From: Archangiaceae bacterium
GTDB lineage: Bacteria > Myxococcota > Myxococcia > Myxococcales > Myxococcaceae
Assembly: GCA_043750125.1 (NCBI GenBank)
Contig: JAYVCD010000236.1
Location: 1-11,038 of the forward strand
Direction of reading: 5' to 3'
DNA length: 11,038 bases
Part shown: piece by piece, positions 7,374 through 11,038 of the stretch
Layout: the number at the start of each line of letters is the position of its first letter
Numbering within the stretch: position 1 is the first letter of the stretch
Made by a program: the position numbers and the translations under genes
Notes under the pieces: generated by a model
The model's input: only the letters and a program-made list of their open reading frames with translations
Told to the model about the DNA's origin: nothing
The model's database searches: none

Positions 7374-9116
7374 ATGATCGGACCGCAGACAACGCTTCAC
7401 GATGGCGACGATACCGACTCGGGAACGAACGACGCCGGCCTGGACGTAAGGCTGCTCGTCTTTTCAGGCGAGACGGTCACCGCCCACCCTTTGCCTCCGG
7501 GCGGCCAGCTGGTGGTGGGGCGCGCCGACGATTGCGACATTCAGATTGACGTCCCGGCGTTGTCGAGAAAGCACGCGCTGATTCGCGTCGGGCCTCCACT
7601 CACGGTCGAAGATCTGGGCAGCGTCAATGGCACCCGGTTGCGGGGCGAGCGGCTGGTCTCAGGCACCCGCGCGACGCTGCGGCCCGGTGATGCGATCGAG
7701 GCCGGGCCCCTGACGATCGTCGTTCAGCGCGACAAAGCCGCGGTCGATGCCCGCCCCCGCCGCCTGTGGACCCATGGGTATTTCGAAGGGCGCCTCGAGG
7801 AAGAGTGCGCGCGCGCCGAGACGTCTGGCGTCGCGTTCTCGGTGCTGCGGCTGAAGCTTCAGGGGACCTCGTCGCCCCAGACGGTGCAGGACGCGATGGC
7901 CGAGCTCTTGGCTCCGACCGACCTGATCGCCTCTTACGGCCCGGGCGAATACGAGGCGTTGATCGCCGGCGGAAATCCTGAGGCGCTGATCCAGAAGCTG
8001 TCGCTGGCCCTGGACAAGCGTGAAGCCGAGGTGCTGATCGGCGCGGCCACCTTCGGCAAAGACGGCAGAGATCCCGACACCCTTCTCTTCGAAGCCAACC
8101 GGCGCGTCGAGGTCGAGAAGGCCACCGGAGAGCGGGTGGCCCATGGCCATGTCTCGGTCAAAGGCGTCGTCGTCGCCGACCCGCAGATGATTGCGCTGCA
8201 TGCCCTGGTGAAGAAGGTCGCCGTCGCCGACATCACCGTCCTGCTGCTGGGCGAGACCGGAGTCGGAAAGGAGATTTTTGCCGAGGCCCTTCACGCCGCC
8301 TCACCCCGCGCCGGCAAGCCGTTTCAGAAGTTCAACTGCGCCGCATTCACCGACACCCTGCTCGAGAGCGAGCTCTTCGGGCACGAGAAGGGGGCCTTCA
8401 CCGGCGCAGTGAAAGCGAAGATTGGGCTCATCGAAAGCGCCAACGGGGGCAGCGTCTTGCTCGATGAAGTCGGCGAGATGCCGCTCGCGACGCAGTCCAA
8501 GCTGCTGCGGGTGCTCGAAGCGAAGGAAGTTCTGCGGGTGGGAGATGCGCGCCCGCGCCCGATCGACGTTCGGTTCATCGCCGCCACCCACCGCGACCTC
8601 GAAGCCCAGATTGAGAAGGGACACTTCCGGCAAGATCTGTTTTTCCGGCTGAACGGAATCTCGCTGATGATTCCTCCGCTGCGCGAGCGGATGGCCGAGC
8701 TCGAAAGCCTCGCTCGACACTTCATTGGGCGCGCGGCGAAGCAGTTCGGGAAAAACCCCGCGCCGACGCTGACCCCTCAGGCCCTGGCGATGCTCAAGGC
8801 CTACCGGTGGCCCGGCAACCTGCGCGAGCTGCGCAACATGCTCGAACGCGCAGTGCTGCTGGCGAACGACAAGCTGATTGGGCCGGACGACTTGCCTTTG
8901 GACAAGCTGACCAGCACTCCGCTCACCCGCTCGGCCAGCGACGCCCCCACCGGCGCCGCGCCCGAAGTCGACGCCGAACGGTCGAAGATCATCGCCGCGC
9001 TCGAGTTGCACGGGGGCAACCAGACGCTGGCCGCGCGCGCCCTGGGAATTTCAAGACGCACGATGCTCAACCGCCTCGACGCCTACGCCATCCCCCGGCC
9101 TCGCAAAGGCAAATGA
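7374..9116 (+). CDS. Sigma-54-dependent enhancer-binding protein: FHA + degenerate GGDEF-like domain + AAA+ + Fis-type HTH (580 aa)
   Basis: GGAAGG before ATG 7374. FHA motifs VGR, SRKH, DLGSVNGT. Walker A GETGVGKE, ESELFGHEKGAFTGA, Walker B LLDEVGE, FRQDLFFRL, WPGNLREL. HTH GNQTLAARALGISRRTM. Confidence 0.95.
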   Translation: MIGPQTTLHDGDDTDSGTNDAGLDVRLLVFSGETVTAHPLPPGGQLVVGRADDCDIQIDVPALSRKHALIRVGPPLTVEDLGSVNGTRLRGERLVSGTRATLRPGDAIEAGPLTIVVQRDKAAVDARPRRLWTHGYFEGRLEEECARAETSGVAFSVLRLKLQGTSSPQTVQDAMAELLAPTDLIASYGPGEYEALIAGGNPEALIQKLSLALDKREAEVLIGAATFGKDGRDPDTLLFEANRRVEVEKATGERVAHGHVSVKGVVVADPQMIALHALVKKVAVADITVLLLGETGVGKEIFAEALHAASPRAGKPFQKFNCAAFTDTLLESELFGHEKGAFTGAVKAKIGLIESANGGSVLLDEVGEMPLATQSKLLRVLEAKEVLRVGDARPRPIDVRFIAATHRDLEAQIEKGHFRQDLFFRLNGISLMIPPLRERMAELESLARHFIGRAAKQFGKNPAPTLTPQALAMLKAYRWPGNLRELRNMLERAVLLANDKLIGPDDLPLDKLTSTPLTRSASDAPTGAAPEVDAERSKIIAALELHGGNQTLAARALGISRRTMLNRLDAYAIPRPRKGK

Positions 9117-10640
9117 CTATTTGTTCGGCGGCAGCTCGAGCCGGACCAACGTCACTTCGTTCGCCTTCACCATCACCGGCTTCTCGACCCCCTTGAATTT
9201 CGGTCGTTCGATCCGAACCTGGTGCGGCCCTTCGGTCATCTGCAGCGAGCACGGGGTGTTGCCCGCAGGCTTGTCATCGATGAACAGCGAACAGCTGATG
9301 GTCAGGCCTTTGAGAGTGGTGACCACCCGCAGCTCGCCCGATTCCATCATCGTCGACTCGGAATCCGAAGTCGGAGGCCCGGATCCGTCTTCCGGCTCGT
9401 CTTCGTCACTGGTTTCGCGGTTGGCGTCGCGGTCTTGCCCGGTGTCATGCGCCGCCCCGGGGAGCACCGCGTGGGTCGCATTGCTGCCCTCGAGCATCTC
9501 TACGTCGTTCGAGTTCGCCATCGGAATTTCCGACGAGGCCGGCCCGCCCTTCGGCCGCTGCAGCTCGCGGGTGTCCGAAGTCCCGGTGGCTTTCATCGAC
9601 TGGGTGGTGGCCCGGGTCGACTTGACGGCGATCGGAACTGAAGCGGTTCCCCCCCGCGACGCGACCCGTTCTCGTTCTTTGCGAGCCGCCTTTTCTTTGT
9701 CTTTGTGCCGCGCCTTCTCGGCTTCCACTTCGAGAAAAGCAAACGCCACCTTCGGGTCGATCTTCTCGGACTGGCCGAAGAACGCTTCGAGGTCGGCGTA
9801 GAACTCGGTCGCGCTCTGGGGGCGCTCTTCCCGCGTCTTCCCCATTCCCCGCATCAGCGCTTTCGCCGCGTCCTTGCTGACGTTCTTGGCGACCAGCGAA
9901 GCGTCCGGAGCCGGCTGGGTCCGATGTGCATAGAGCACCTCGAAGTTGCTGGTGCCCTGGAACGGAGGCTTGCCCACCAGCAACTCGAAGGTCATCGCCG
10001 CCAGCGCGTACACGTCGGTGCGCTTGTCGATTTCTTCGGTGCCGGTGATCTGTTCGGGCGACATGTAATAGGGCGTTCCCACCATCGCGCCGGGCTTGGT
10101 GAGGCCGGGGTTCGATTTGTCGCGGACCACTCCGAGATCGAGAATGGTGACGTGGCCGCCGGGCCCGACGAAGACGTTCTGGGGCTTCACGTCGCGGTGC
10201 ACCAGGCCATGGTGATGAATGAACGAGAGGCCGGCCGAGATTTGCTTCACCACCGCCATCGTCTCGCCCGCGGTGAGCTTGCCGCCCTTGTGCTTGAGCA
10301 CGTCGTAGAGCGTCATTCCCTCGAGGTATTGCATCACGATGTACGGCAGCGCCCCGCGGCGGCCGACGCCCGAAATCTGAATGATGTTCGGGTGGCGCAG
10401 GGTGGTCATCAGCGTCGCTTCCCGCTCGAAGCGCGCGAGGACCTTCGGCTTGCGACAGTGCTCTGGGGCGAGGATCTTGATCGCGACCGTCTTGTTCTGC
10501 TTGATGTCGCGGCCCTTGAAGACGCTGCCCATCGCGCCCTGGCCGATGCGGGTCTCGATCAGCCAGCGATCTTCGAGCATGTCCCCCGGTGCGATGAGGA
10601 AGACGACCGTGTTCTCGTGTTTGTCCGTTTCATTCGCCAA
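9117..10640 (-). CDS. Hanks-type Ser/Thr protein kinase with C-terminal PEGA domain (507 aa)
   Basis: GQGAMGSV, VAIK, HRDVKPQN, DLG, GTPYYMSPEQ, DVYALA. Charged Ser/Thr-rich linker. PEGA-like end (LFIDDKPAGNTP...GPHQVRIERPKFK...V.VKANEVTLVRLEL). The TTG start is uncertain. Confidence 0.93.
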   Translation of the reverse strand: MANETDKHENTVVFLIAPGDMLEDRWLIETRIGQGAMGSVFKGRDIKQNKTVAIKILAPEHCRKPKVLARFEREATLMTTLRHPNIIQISGVGRRGALPYIVMQYLEGMTLYDVLKHKGGKLTAGETMAVVKQISAGLSFIHHHGLVHRDVKPQNVFVGPGGHVTILDLGVVRDKSNPGLTKPGAMVGTPYYMSPEQITGTEEIDKRTDVYALAAMTFELLVGKPPFQGTSNFEVLYAHRTQPAPDASLVAKNVSKDAAKALMRGMGKTREERPQSATEFYADLEAFFGQSEKIDPKVAFAFLEVEAEKARHKDKEKAARKERERVASRGGTASVPIAVKSTRATTQSMKATGTSDTRELQRPKGGPASSEIPMANSNDVEMLEGSNATHAVLPGAAHDTGQDRDANRETSDEDEPEDGSGPPTSDSESTMMESGELRVVTTLKGLTISCSLFIDDKPAGNTPCSLQMTEGPHQVRIERPKFKGVEKPVMVKANEVTLVRLELPPNK

Positions 10641-10658
10641 GGGGGGCTCGAGTCGACT

Positions 10659-11038
10659 TCATACGCCTGCGTTGAGCAAGGCGGCCGCGTTGTTCGAGGT
10701 GACCCGCGCCACGACCGCCCGGGACAACCCCGCCTGTTGCAGCAGGTGGGCGGTGCGGGCCAGGCCCAGAATGTCGGCGGCCCCAAACCCTGCAGCGGTC
10801 GACAGGGCCAGGCCTTCGGCGCCCAATTTCTTCACCAGCGCGACGGCCTCTTCCGCGCGCAGCCCGTCAGGATGCACCGTGAGGCCTGCCGTGTAGCCGC
10901 AGGCGCGAATCAACTTCACGGTGGCGCCCACCGCTCCGTCGACGAGCACCCGGGTGGGATCCACGTTGCTGGCCTTGAGCAGCTGCAGCGCGCGGCGGGT
11001 ATTGACCTCCCGCCCCGGGCCCCAGGTGTTCACCCACA
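10659..11038 (-). CDS. TatD-like/amidohydrolase-fold protein, 3' part (runs off the right edge)
   Basis: The frame is open to the window edge. The pattern DPTRVLVD...GYTAGLTVHP...EEAVALVKKLGAE...L..AGLS...V..VT..NA resembles the C-terminal half of TatD-related TIM-barrel hydrolases. It ends 18 nt upstream of the kinase on the same strand. Confidence 0.7.
   Translation of the reverse strand, partial: WVNTWGPGREVNTRRALQLLKASNVDPTRVLVDGAVGATVKLIRACGYTAGLTVHPDGLRAEEAVALVKKLGAEGLALSTAAGFGAADILGLARTAHLLQQAGLSRAVVARVTSNNAAALLNAGV

Noticed and set aside
6150-7549. ORFs 6150-6929 and 6671-7549 as two intact genes
   Set aside because: Each looks protein-like only in part (about 6420-6805 and 6806-7270). 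The remainders overlap neighbouring genes, so one frameshifted fragment explains them better.
10125-10145. Kinase DFG->DLG change as evidence of a pseudokinase
   Set aside because: The Mg-binding Asp, VAIK Lys and HRD/N are intact, and DLG occurs in active kinases.

Overview
GC-rich bacterial DNA whose gene content (Cys-rich and DAG/DGG-linker lipoproteins, a CglB-like vWA lipoprotein, an FHA-type sigma-54 activator, a Ser/Thr kinase with a PEGA domain) suggests Myxococcota; the taxonomy is inferred. From left to right: a tandem plus inverted repeat element at the window edge (1-104); a translationally coupled minus-strand operon of two lipoproteins and a probable outer-membrane beta-barrel protein (2650->130); a Cys-rich vWA lipoprotein (4031->2769); a divergent SCO copper chaperone (4209-4760); a beta-propeller lipoprotein (4851-6014); a disrupted segment (6019-~7270) holding a Cys-rich gene that lacks its 5' end and a frameshifted repeat-protein fragment truncated at both ends; an FHA / degenerate-GGDEF / AAA+ / HTH sigma-54 enhancer-binding protein (7374-9116); a convergent Ser/Thr kinase abutting it with no gap (10640->9117); and the 3' part of a TatD-like gene that appears to have lost metal ligands. 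The strongest unannotated signal is two correctly spaced sigma-54 -24/-12 promoters, directly upstream of the vWA gene and of the three-gene envelope operon. Together with the kinase and FHA activator they suggest a local kinase -> FHA-EBP -> sigma-54 -> surface-protein module. No rRNA, tRNA, CRISPR array or transposase is supported. All family assignments come from motifs read by eye; no database searches were run.
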